Assembly: GCA_964421955.1 (NCBI GenBank)
Contig: CAYQYU010000012.1
Span: forward strand, 1-30,225
DNA: 30,225 nucleotides
Direction of reading: 5' to 3'
Origin: an uncultured archaeon
Lineage (GTDB): Archaea; Nanohalarchaeota; Nanosalinia; Nanosalinales; Nanosalinaceae
Part shown: positions 16,969 through 24,593 of the stretch, one piece after another
How positions within the stretch are numbered: position 1 is the stretch's first letter
Layout of the letters: the number at the start of each line of letters is the position of its first letter
Program-made: the position numbers and the translations under genes
The notes under the pieces: model-generated
What the model saw: only the letters and a program-made list of their open reading frames with translations
Told to the model about the DNA's origin: nothing
Databases searched by the model: none

Positions 16969-17484
16969 ATGAGCTTTCAAGGACAGGATAACAACCACTT
17001 GCCAGATTCAAACTCACGTAACGAAACAACGAGGGTCGAGCAACTGTTTGTACCATCTGGAGTTGTCGTGGATAGATCCCTGGTTGACAGCTACAGCTCA
17101 GAAATCAGGAACTATATTGAAACCAACGATTATGGCGCGGTCAGGTGCGACTTTGAGGAACTCAGCCGGCTGTACCGACAGGAACTAAGAGAGCAGACCA
17201 CAGACTACACCGCAGAATTTGAAAACGAGAAAAGTGTCAAATACAACTTCGGGATGGCGATCGAAAAGGCTGTTACCGAGGAGACCTCGGACCTGATAGG
17301 AAAACCTGATATCGAGCAGATTGTGCGCGAGACTGTTGACAGTGGAGGCTACGACTACCTGAGAGACGACAGCATGAGAACCGTGAAAGAAGGCGCTTAC
17401 AGCTGGAGATACCTTGGCCAGGAACTGGAGAGCATCGCAAACAGGAAGGTGAAACCGGATCAGCCAGACCGCCCCGAGCAATAA
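16969..17484 (+). CDS. Hypothetical protein, paralog of 20325-20816
   Basis: 171 aa; aligns by eye with the 20325 ORF. Confidence 0.75.
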   Translation: MSFQGQDNNHLPDSNSRNETTRVEQLFVPSGVVVDRSLVDSYSSEIRNYIETNDYGAVRCDFEELSRLYRQELREQTTDYTAEFENEKSVKYNFGMAIEKAVTEETSDLIGKPDIEQIVRETVDSGGYDYLRDDSMRTVKEGAYSWRYLGQELESIANRKVKPDQPDRPEQ

Positions 17485-17538
17485 TCGTGGACTCGGGAAA
17501 AGGCTGTAACTATAAATCTTTCTCGACAAATCCAGGAC

Positions 17539-18516
17539 ATGACAGAAGAAACGCGGGACAACGTGATCCCGGGAACGGATAAACCCCACAGCGGGGAAGA
17601 GGTCGAGGGCTACAGTTTCGACAAGGAGTTCTCCCTCAATGATCTGATAGACAGTTACAGGACCACGGGTTTCCAGGCCACCCACCTGGCGGAGGCCGTC
17701 GATATAGTCAAGGAGATGCAGGAAGAGGACGCCAAGATTTTCCTCACCTTCACCTCGAACATCGTCTCCTCCGGTCTAAGGGAAGCGGTAACCTACCTTG
17801 CGAAAGAGAACCTGGTCGACGTTATGATCACCACCTCCGGATCGGTTACAGAGGACGTTATCAAGACGTTCCACCCGTTCAAGATGGGAGAATGGGACGC
17901 GGATGAAAAGGCGTTGCGGGACCAGGGAATCAACCGGCTCGGCAACATCTACGTTGAAAGCGATGCCTACGTGAAACTCGAGGAGTATCTAACCGGGGAT
18001 TTCTTCCCTGACTTCTTCGAGGAGAAAAAGTTGAGGACGCCGACAGAAGTCGCGAGAGAACTTGGTAGGGATTTGGACGACGAGGACTCGTTCCTGACGC
18101 ACGCCGCAAGAAACGGGATACCTGTCTTCTGCCCCGCGCTGATCGACGCGGAGATAGGAGACTTCCTTTTCTACTACCGGCAGGAAGAAGATCCTGAAAT
18201 AGGGATCGAGACTCTCGATGACTGGGATTCGCTGATCAAAGAATCGATAGAGGCAGAGAAGACCGGCATCATCTGTGTGGGTGCAGGGGTCCCAAAGCAC
18301 CAGGCCATAATGAGCAACCTTTTCCGGGGTGGCGCCGACTACGCGGTCTATCTCTCGACAGGCATGGAAGGCGACGGCTCTCTCTCCGGTGCGCCTCCAA
18401 AAGAGGCAGTTTCCTGGGGAAAGATCAAGCAGAGCCGGAAGAACTATACACAGGTTGAGGCAGAGGCCACGCTCGTGTTTCCGCTGCTGGTTGAGGCCGC
18501 TTTCAGGCAATGCTAG
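17539..18516 (+). CDS. dys: Deoxyhypusine synthase
   Basis: TGFQATHL, TSNIVSSGLRE, GINRLGNI, DGSLSGA..EAVSWGK with the catalytic Lys. Confidence 0.96.
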   Translation: MTEETRDNVIPGTDKPHSGEEVEGYSFDKEFSLNDLIDSYRTTGFQATHLAEAVDIVKEMQEEDAKIFLTFTSNIVSSGLREAVTYLAKENLVDVMITTSGSVTEDVIKTFHPFKMGEWDADEKALRDQGINRLGNIYVESDAYVKLEEYLTGDFFPDFFEEKKLRTPTEVARELGRDLDDEDSFLTHAARNGIPVFCPALIDAEIGDFLFYYRQEEDPEIGIETLDDWDSLIKESIEAEKTGIICVGAGVPKHQAIMSNLFRGGADYAVYLSTGMEGDGSLSGAPPKEAVSWGKIKQSRKNYTQVEAEATLVFPLLVEAAFRQC

Positions 18517-18872
18517 TTGAGTTTTGTGAGCTTGTCTCTGACCTGGTCAAGAGGGGCCGCAAGGTTCTTCGATTCCAGGGTACTCATCGGAACCCACTGG
18601 CAGTTCTGTGGGCTTCCCTCGACTTCGACCCGGTAAGGCTGCCAGACAAACTCTTCTCCTTTAGCCTCAAAGGTCTTCTTCAGTTTTCGCTTGTACCTCA
18701 CGGTTACGGAGTCGCAGCCGGTAATCTCGGTAGTAACTCTTTCAGCCGCATCTGCGCTTAATTCGCCTTTCTGCCTCACTCCGCTGGGTACGTTCCAGAC
18801 CTGGTTTTCCTCATTGAACATCATAAGAATTTTCTTGCCCCGAACCACGAGGCCTCCAGAAATCTCGTCCAT
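18513..18872 (-). CDS. Nudix-fold protein with a degenerate Nudix box
   Basis: WNVPSGVRQKGELSADAAERVTTEITG, plus CQWVP. Confidence 0.75.
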   Translation of the reverse strand: MDEISGGLVVRGKKILMMFNEENQVWNVPSGVRQKGELSADAAERVTTEITGCDSVTVRYKRKLKKTFEAKGEEFVWQPYRVEVEGSPQNCQWVPMSTLESKNLAAPLDQVRDKLTKLN

Positions 18873-18955
18873 AGCAGTAATTTCGTGGCGACACGTTTAA
18901 AGCAAGTTAATTAAGGACTTAACTCGGGAAACCCCAAGATTGAGTGTGGCGAAAA

Positions 18956-19777
18956 ATGGAATACATCGAACTCCAGGGAGAAAAGGTGCCGGGACTTGGT
19001 TTCGGCACCTGGCAGCTGAAGGGGCAAGAATGCTACAGGAGCGTGCAGGACGCGCTTACAATCGGCTACAGACATATTGACACGGCCCAAGCCTACGGAA
19101 ATGAGGCCCGGGTAGGACAGGCAATAGAGGACTCAGAAGTCTCGAGAGACGAAATCTGGCTGACCACCAAGCTCTGGAGGGACAACCTTAACCGGCGGAA
19201 CCTGAAGAGGTCCATGAATGAAAGTCTGGAAAAGCTCCGGACCGATTACGTCGATCTATTGCTGATCCACTGGCCCTTCCCGGGGATGGATCTTGAGGCC
19301 GTCCTGGAAGAAATGTCGGAAATCGTGGAGGAGGGAAAGGCAAGGAACATAGGTATAAGCAACTTCACCCCTGAACAGATAGATGAGGCCACGAGTCTTT
19401 CAGAAAAGCCACTACTGACCGACCAGGTCGAGTACCACCCTTTCCTGGACCAGAGCGAGGTTCTTGAAAAATGCCGTGAAAGAGACATGATGCTGACCGC
19501 CTATTCTCCTGTCGCGAGAGGGAGCGTGATCGGTAACAAGGTGCTGGAGAGTATAGGCTCGAACTACGGAAAGACTGAGGCACAGGTCGCACTCCGGTGG
19601 TTAATTCAACAGAAGAACGTCGCGGCGATACCCAAGGCCGCGTCCCAAGAACACAGAGAGGCCAACTTCGATATCTTCGATTTCAAGCTAACAGAGGATG
19701 AAATGAAGGATATCAAGAAACTGACATCGAGAAACGACAGGAAGGTAAACCCTGGTTTCGGGCCCGACTGGGGCTGA
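18956..19777 (+). CDS. Aldo/keto reductase
   Basis: LGFGTW, GYRHIDTAQAY, TTKLW, DLLLIHWP, IGISNF, AYSP, IPKA. Confidence 0.96.
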   Translation: MEYIELQGEKVPGLGFGTWQLKGQECYRSVQDALTIGYRHIDTAQAYGNEARVGQAIEDSEVSRDEIWLTTKLWRDNLNRRNLKRSMNESLEKLRTDYVDLLLIHWPFPGMDLEAVLEEMSEIVEEGKARNIGISNFTPEQIDEATSLSEKPLLTDQVEYHPFLDQSEVLEKCRERDMMLTAYSPVARGSVIGNKVLESIGSNYGKTEAQVALRWLIQQKNVAAIPKAASQEHREANFDIFDFKLTEDEMKDIKKLTSRNDRKVNPGFGPDWG

Positions 19778-19793
19778 AAGTCAAGAAAAATTA

Positions 19794-19937
19794 TTAATCA
19801 GATATATCCTCGTATTTCTCGGCTTTATCCATCAGTTCTTCGATTACACCGGAAAAGCTCTGTCCTGGACTCTTTTTTTCCTTCAGCTTCTCGTATATGC
19901 GGTCCTTAATCCCGATGTTGGTCGTATATTTCCCCAT
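19794..19937 (-). CDS. Small RHH DNA-binding protein (VapB-like antitoxin type), 47 aa, not in the ORF track
   Basis: Manual translation MGKYTTNIGIKDRIYEKLKEKKSPGQSFSGVIEELMDKAEKYEDISD matches the TIxIxxxxYxxL..K..xSFSxVIxxL pattern. Confidence 0.82.
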   Translation of the reverse strand: MGKYTTNIGIKDRIYEKLKEKKSPGQSFSGVIEELMDKAEKYEDISD

Positions 19938-19983
19938 ACCGATTATTTCTATCATTAACTAAATAATTCCTTCCCACAGACAG

Positions 19984-20013
19984 TTATAAATGTACACAAA
20001 GAATTGTGTGCAT
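19984..20013 (+). promoter_or_regulatory. Histone promoter TATA box with an adjacent inverted repeat
   Basis: TTATAAA at 19984-19990; ATGTACACAA-agaa-TTGTGTGCAT at 19990-20013. Confidence 0.6.
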
Positions 20014-20024
20014 GGGTGTTTTAG

Positions 20025-20222
20025 GTGGAATTTTCAACGCTGGCAATGAGAAAGATTATCAAGAGCCAAACGGGCAAAAGAATCTCTGACGCGGGAGCAC
20101 AGGAGCTTGGCGACGTCCTGGAAAGGTTCGCCGGCGACATCGCAGAGGAAGCCATAGCCGTCGCCAGGGACGACGGCAGGAAGACCGTTAGAGCCGAAGA
20201 CATCAAGAAGGCACTGTCCTAG
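20025..20222 (+). CDS. Archaeal histone (HMf-like)
   Basis: 65 aa, colinear with HMfB; R19 and GRKTVRAEDI (R52-T54-D59); GTG start. Confidence 0.93.
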   Translation: MEFSTLAMRKIIKSQTGKRISDAGAQELGDVLERFAGDIAEEAIAVARDDGRKTVRAEDIKKALS

Positions 20223-20324
20223 AACCATTCCAGCATCAGCTACTATTCCTGAACAGCACCTTAGCACATAACTACAACACCCTATAATAATTCTCGGCTT
20301 CTCCAATATGACTGGCCCATCATT

Positions 20325-20816
20325 ATGAGTCTAGCCGATAAATTCAGATCCCTGAGATCCCTCGAATTCCGAAAAACCCCTGGAAACTACCAAATAGGAG
20401 AAAGAGATCTTAACAGTTTTTCCGAGTACAACAAAGGCTCTGCAAAGATAGTGGCGGATTCAAGATTTATTGAGAGCTATATCTCACAGATAGAACCCCA
20501 TATAGAAACAGGAGACTATGAAAAAGTAAGCTTTGACAGCGCCAAATTGAACTCCCTGTACCACCAGGCGAAAAACAGCCAGGTACACGATCACCCAGGA
20601 AGCTTCGATGTGGGATACAGCGTGGACTACAGCTTCGGTGTCGCGCTCGGGAAGGCTGCCAACAGCGGACCAGGGCTGGTAGATAACCAGGAACTGCTCC
20701 AGGCTGTCAACAGGATACATCGGTACCGCCCGGCCATGTACCATTCCGGAAGCGCCAAGATGATGAAAGACGGTGCCATCGAATGGGAGCAGGTTATAGA
20801 GGAACTGGGAGAATAA
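20325..20816 (+). CDS. Hypothetical protein, paralog of 16969-17484
   Basis: 163 aa; shares SY..I..IET.DY..V.D...L..LY.Q and SV.Y.FG.A..KA. Confidence 0.75.
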   Translation: MSLADKFRSLRSLEFRKTPGNYQIGERDLNSFSEYNKGSAKIVADSRFIESYISQIEPHIETGDYEKVSFDSAKLNSLYHQAKNSQVHDHPGSFDVGYSVDYSFGVALGKAANSGPGLVDNQELLQAVNRIHRYRPAMYHSGSAKMMKDGAIEWEQVIEELGE

Positions 20817-20819
20817 GAG

Positions 20820-20973
20820 CGCCCAGGGCAGGGCTCGAACCTGCGACCACCACGTGTCTGCACCTTTTTTCTCGGCGTCAGCCGAGCACCGGTGGAACCG
20901 GCGATTGCGTGCCGCACTGAGCGTAACCAGGCGGTTTAACAGCGTGGCGCTCTACCTGCTGAGCTACCTGGGC
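20820..20973 (-). tRNA. tRNA-Asn(GTT) with an 81-nt intron at 37/38 (20856-20936)
   Basis: Minus strand GCCCAGG/CCTGGGC-G, CCACG-CT-GTT-A|intron|A-CGTGG, GCAGG-TTCGAGC-CCTGC; canonical BHB (CTGT/GCAG helix, ACC/GGT outer helix). Confidence 0.94.
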
Positions 20974-20975
20974 AA

Positions 20976-21000
20976 CGAACTTCTGAAAGTTCGATCATCA
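20976..21000 (+). repeat. 25-bp palindromic module, copy 2 (immediately upstream of tRNA-Asn)
   Basis: Identical to 6824-6848. Confidence 0.95.
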
Positions 21001-21095
21001 TACAGGGCTCCAGTGGATGCCAGAACCCTGACTGTAGTTTAGTGGTCGCTAACTATTTTTTTAAACATGAACTAAAAATGAAAGAAGATTTGAGG

Positions 21096-21195
21096 CCGGT
21101 TAGCCCTACGAAGAAACTGAAAAGTTGCTTCTTGAGAGCAGCTTCCTTGCAGAAGCTGCGTCTGGGCTACCCGGGCATTACTTAGCGGAGCGTAA
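21096..21195. repeat. Intergenic composite hairpin element
   Basis: TAGCCC/GGGCTA (21101-21169) encloses hairpins 21110-21131 and GCAGCTTC-cttgca-GAAGCTGC (21138-21159). Confidence 0.6.
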
Positions 21196-21200
21196 CACGC

Positions 21201-22331
21201 CTAGTCGAGGAACTCTTCGTTCTCGATTTTCGTCGGCAGGTACTCGTTGGCCACGAACTCGAGTGACTGCGAGGCGAGGGCCTGCTGCTCGACCCTTACG
21301 CCCATGTCGAGCATCTTCTGGAGCTGGTCCTGCCACTGCTTGGTCTGCATCCACTCGTACTCCATGACGTCTCTCGCCCTTTTGTAGTCCTTCGTCGGGC
21401 CGCCGTTATCTTCTGGCTTGCCCTTCAGGTTCTCGGTGACGTGGTGGAGGTCGTACTCGTCGATGTCCTCCATTGTCATGCCTACAAGTCGTGCGTCCGG
21501 AGTTGCGAGACGGTCGGACTGGAACGCCAGCGACATTGATCCCGACTTCAGCACTGAGTAGATGTAGTAACCCCATGGGTCGCCGTCCGTGAAGACGTAG
21601 ACAGGTAGATCAAGGCGCTCGTGCATGATGTTGATCAGCCTTCTCGCACCTCTCGCTGGCTGTCCTTTTGTACCGACGATGATCGCGTTGTGCTCCTTGT
21701 GGAAATCTTCTTCAACCAGCCTGTTGACCATCGCGTTGGTCTCCACGACAAGGATAAAATCGGCGTCGCATTCCACGAACTCATAGTGGTCGACGATCGA
21801 CGGGATGTTGAGCCCAGAAGTTCCCATCTCCATGCAGTCGATCTCGTCTCCGGAGTCGTTGATGACGACAGGTCCAAACAGCGATCCTTTCGCCTCCGCG
21901 ATCAGGTGGAGGTCTTCACGGATCGCGCCCGTGGCGGTTTCAATATCGACGATGACAGGATCAGATTCGTCCTGGTCCTCGAAAGTGTTCTCGTCGAGTC
22001 CCGGGACAGTATGCTTCAGCTGGTAGTACAGCTCTCTGATCGATGCTGTACGCCCTTCTTCCACGAACTGCTTTGCCTTCGATGCAACAAGCATCGTCTG
22101 CATGAACTTCCTAGCGTGAGATATGTTGAGGAACTTCCTCGACGAGTAGTTGTCCCCCAGCATCAGCCGTTCCTCGTCTTCGTCGTACTCTACATTCGAC
22201 TGGGAGCGGACCTTGGTCTCTATCTCAAGGTTATCCGACTCCGGATCCTCTAGCTGCTTCCTTATCTTCCTTCCCAGGTTTTTCAGCCTGTCAACTGTCT
22301 GCTCATCGTTCTCAAAGTCTTTCTTTGGCAC
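21201..22331 (-). CDS. top6A: DNA topoisomerase VI subunit A
   Basis: IRELYY (catalytic Tyr), FEDQDESD, ILVVET, KGQP, FTDGDPWG, EQQAL. Confidence 0.97.
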   Translation of the reverse strand: MPKKDFENDEQTVDRLKNLGRKIRKQLEDPESDNLEIETKVRSQSNVEYDEDEERLMLGDNYSSRKFLNISHARKFMQTMLVASKAKQFVEEGRTASIRELYYQLKHTVPGLDENTFEDQDESDPVIVDIETATGAIREDLHLIAEAKGSLFGPVVINDSGDEIDCMEMGTSGLNIPSIVDHYEFVECDADFILVVETNAMVNRLVEEDFHKEHNAIIVGTKGQPARGARRLINIMHERLDLPVYVFTDGDPWGYYIYSVLKSGSMSLAFQSDRLATPDARLVGMTMEDIDEYDLHHVTENLKGKPEDNGGPTKDYKRARDVMEYEWMQTKQWQDQLQKMLDMGVRVEQQALASQSLEFVANEYLPTKIENEEFLD

Positions 22332-22407
22332 TCAGAAATCACCTCTGTGATTTTCTGTGTCAAGAAGATCTCTGATCTTCGTCTGCTTCTTCATTTTTCA
22401 ATCACCT
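22332..22407 (-). repeat. Two-hairpin insert with a 20-aa mini-ORF (22394-22332), bounded by AGGTGATT direct repeats
   Basis: Hairpins at 22364-22380 and 22336-22353; AATCACCT on + at 22337 and 22400. Confidence 0.7.
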
Positions 22408-23992
22408 AAAGTTGCTCCGGGTTGTAGTCGGCTTCGACCATTGCCTGGATTTTCTGCTCGATTTCTTCAGGATCGCCCTCTTCCGCGAGTGAAGCAATCG
22501 CTGGCCCCATCTCCTTGGCGTAGGCGGTGAGCTTCCTTTTCTTCTTCTCCTGGATCTCTGCTCTCTCCTTCCGGCCAATGTAACGGCCGAGTTTTCTACC
22601 CGCCTCCTGTAGGGCGAGCTTCATCTCTTTCCGGATATCGTCGTAGTTAGCGATCGCCTCCTTTCCTTCTGACGTGAAAGGCACCCACACAGAGGCCATG
22701 TGGACCAGGATGTATACAGGCCCCTGAGGCCGATCGCCGGTCTGGGAGAGGTTGTAACGGTTCCAGGAGACTTCTTCTATAGCTTTTGTCGTGACACATG
22801 ACGACTTCTTGTAGAGCAGCGGTACCTTGTTCGCGAACCTCAGCTCGCTGTAGCTTCCGTCCTCCTCGATGTCTCCGCCGTAGGCCAGCCCGACTTCCAC
22901 GACGAAAGGGTTGCCCTTGTAGACCGTGGGCTTCCTCGTGATCGCGGTCGTGAACTCTGGGTTCAGCTCTTTCTTCAGTCCTTTGAGTATCAAATCTTCT
23001 CCAATCGGTGAGAGGCAGTCTGTCGGCGGCGACTGCAGTTTTACCCGCTGCGCCGCGTCAAGCAGCTGCTCGATCTCGTCCTTGCTCAGTGTGTTCGGCC
23101 TCCTGCCCGTGTCAACATCTGCCTCGTCACACACTTCTTCCGCAGAGGTTCTGCCCACGCGGGTGAACTCGCTCTGGAGGAAGCTGGAAATAGTCCTGGC
23201 ATCTGTGTCTTCTATCATCCTCATCATGATCCCGAGTTCAACGCCGTGTGGATGAGGCTTGATCTCCTTAGGCTTCTCGGGGAGATCCCTAGAAACGCGA
23301 GGGTACTCGATCTTGTTGCCGTCCGGCTCCCTCAGGACTACACGGGCGTAAGGATTCATGATCGCCGTGTGCTTCAGGTAGTTCCGGACCGAGTGATGGC
23401 CGCTCGTGTATTTGGCCTCTATATCCATCTCGATCGTGGTTCCGTGGTCAAAGTAGTAGTCTTTGTCTCCCGGGAACTCATCGCTGTCCTCGTCAACTAT
23501 CTCATCCTCGATAATCTCTGGCTCGTTCGCCTCAGTATCGATACGGACAACGAACTTGTGGCACGGCTCGCCCTCCTGCTTGGACCAGACTGTTACTGGT
23601 TCTCCTGTCGTGAGCTGTGCGTACATCGCGCTCGCACTTATCCCGATCCCCTGCTGTCCACGACTCTGTTGAAGCTTGTGGAACTTCGAACCGTAGAGAA
23701 GCTTTCCGAATACCTTCGGAATGTTCTCCCGGGAGAGCCCGATCGCGTTGTCCCTGATCTCGACCCGGCATTTCTCTTCTCCAATCTCGTCGATAAGCAC
23801 GTGGATCTCTGGAAGAATCTCTTCTTCCTCACATGCGTCCAGAGAGTTGTCGACGGCCTCCTTGACGACCGTGATTATTGATTTCTGGGGATTTTCGAAA
23901 CCTAGAAGATGCCTGTTTTTCTCGAAGAACTCCGCCACCGAAATCTCACGGTGATCGGACTCCTCAAGTTCTTGTTCTACTCCGTTTGGCAT
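22406..23992 (-). CDS. top6B: DNA topoisomerase VI subunit B
   Basis: ISVAEFFEKN, KEAVDNSLDA, SRGQQGIG, HGT, RFANKVPL, VPFTSEGKEAI. Start is ATG 23992 or GTG 24007. Confidence 0.97.
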   Translation of the reverse strand: MPNGVEQELEESDHREISVAEFFEKNRHLLGFENPQKSIITVVKEAVDNSLDACEEEEILPEIHVLIDEIGEEKCRVEIRDNAIGLSRENIPKVFGKLLYGSKFHKLQQSRGQQGIGISASAMYAQLTTGEPVTVWSKQEGEPCHKFVVRIDTEANEPEIIEDEIVDEDSDEFPGDKDYYFDHGTTIEMDIEAKYTSGHHSVRNYLKHTAIMNPYARVVLREPDGNKIEYPRVSRDLPEKPKEIKPHPHGVELGIMMRMIEDTDARTISSFLQSEFTRVGRTSAEEVCDEADVDTGRRPNTLSKDEIEQLLDAAQRVKLQSPPTDCLSPIGEDLILKGLKKELNPEFTTAITRKPTVYKGNPFVVEVGLAYGGDIEEDGSYSELRFANKVPLLYKKSSCVTTKAIEEVSWNRYNLSQTGDRPQGPVYILVHMASVWVPFTSEGKEAIANYDDIRKEMKLALQEAGRKLGRYIGRKERAEIQEKKKRKLTAYAKEMGPAIASLAEEGDPEEIEQKIQAMVEADYNPEQL

Positions 23993-24020
23993 AGTATTGT
24001 TTTTCACCTTGACAGTATTT

Positions 24021-24527
24021 TTATTGAGCGATCTTGGCCTGGTTCTTGTCTATGTACTGGTAAGCGGTCGAGTGCGAGCTGCCCTGGAGCAGCATCTTGA
24101 TGGCCTCAAGCGCGACCTTGATGTTTCCAGGGTCGCCGATCATCCCGACCGTCGAGCCGTATACCGAGATGTCGATGTTGGCCTCCTTCTCAATATGTCT
24201 GCGGGTTTCCCCGTCTCTCCCTATTACGCGACCTTTAAGCCTTTCCTGGGAGTTCTGTGTTTCCGCGTAGTCTTTGATATCGACTATATGAAGCATGACG
24301 TCTTTCTCGGTTGACAGCCTGAACGCCTTTCTCGGGCTGAAACCTCTCCCGATAGCCTTCGCAACGTTTTGAGCTTTCATCTCGTCGATGGCGTCGCCCT
24401 CTATCCTGGCAACATTGTCATCTATCTCAAGATCACAATCCGTAACGTCCTCAAAGTCTTCCCTGGTTTCTCCGTCCTCGCCTATCAGAACCCCGACGCG
24501 TTCATCCGGAATTCTTACCTCTTTCAT
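24021..24527 (-). CDS. KH-domain rRNA-processing protein (Dim2/Pno1/Krr1 family)
   Basis: RVGVLIGEDG, AIGRGFSP, KGRVIGRDG, GSSHSTAY; ATG at 24527. Confidence 0.93.
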   Translation of the reverse strand: MKEVRIPDERVGVLIGEDGETREDFEDVTDCDLEIDDNVARIEGDAIDEMKAQNVAKAIGRGFSPRKAFRLSTEKDVMLHIVDIKDYAETQNSQERLKGRVIGRDGETRRHIEKEANIDISVYGSTVGMIGDPGNIKVALEAIKMLLQGSSHSTAYQYIDKNQAKIAQ

Positions 24528-24593
24528 ACCTCTTCCCTGTAAAAACAAGGTTGACAAACCTTTTTATACCTTCAACCAGCGATACAGCTTCTC

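Noticed and set aside
6824-21000. CRISPR repeat interpretation of the 25-mer
   Set aside because: There are only two dispersed copies, no spacer array and no cas genes.
22332-22334. Selenocysteine recoding of the TGA before top6A
   Set aside because: There is no catalytic Cys context or recognisable SECIS, and top6A has its own SD and GTG.
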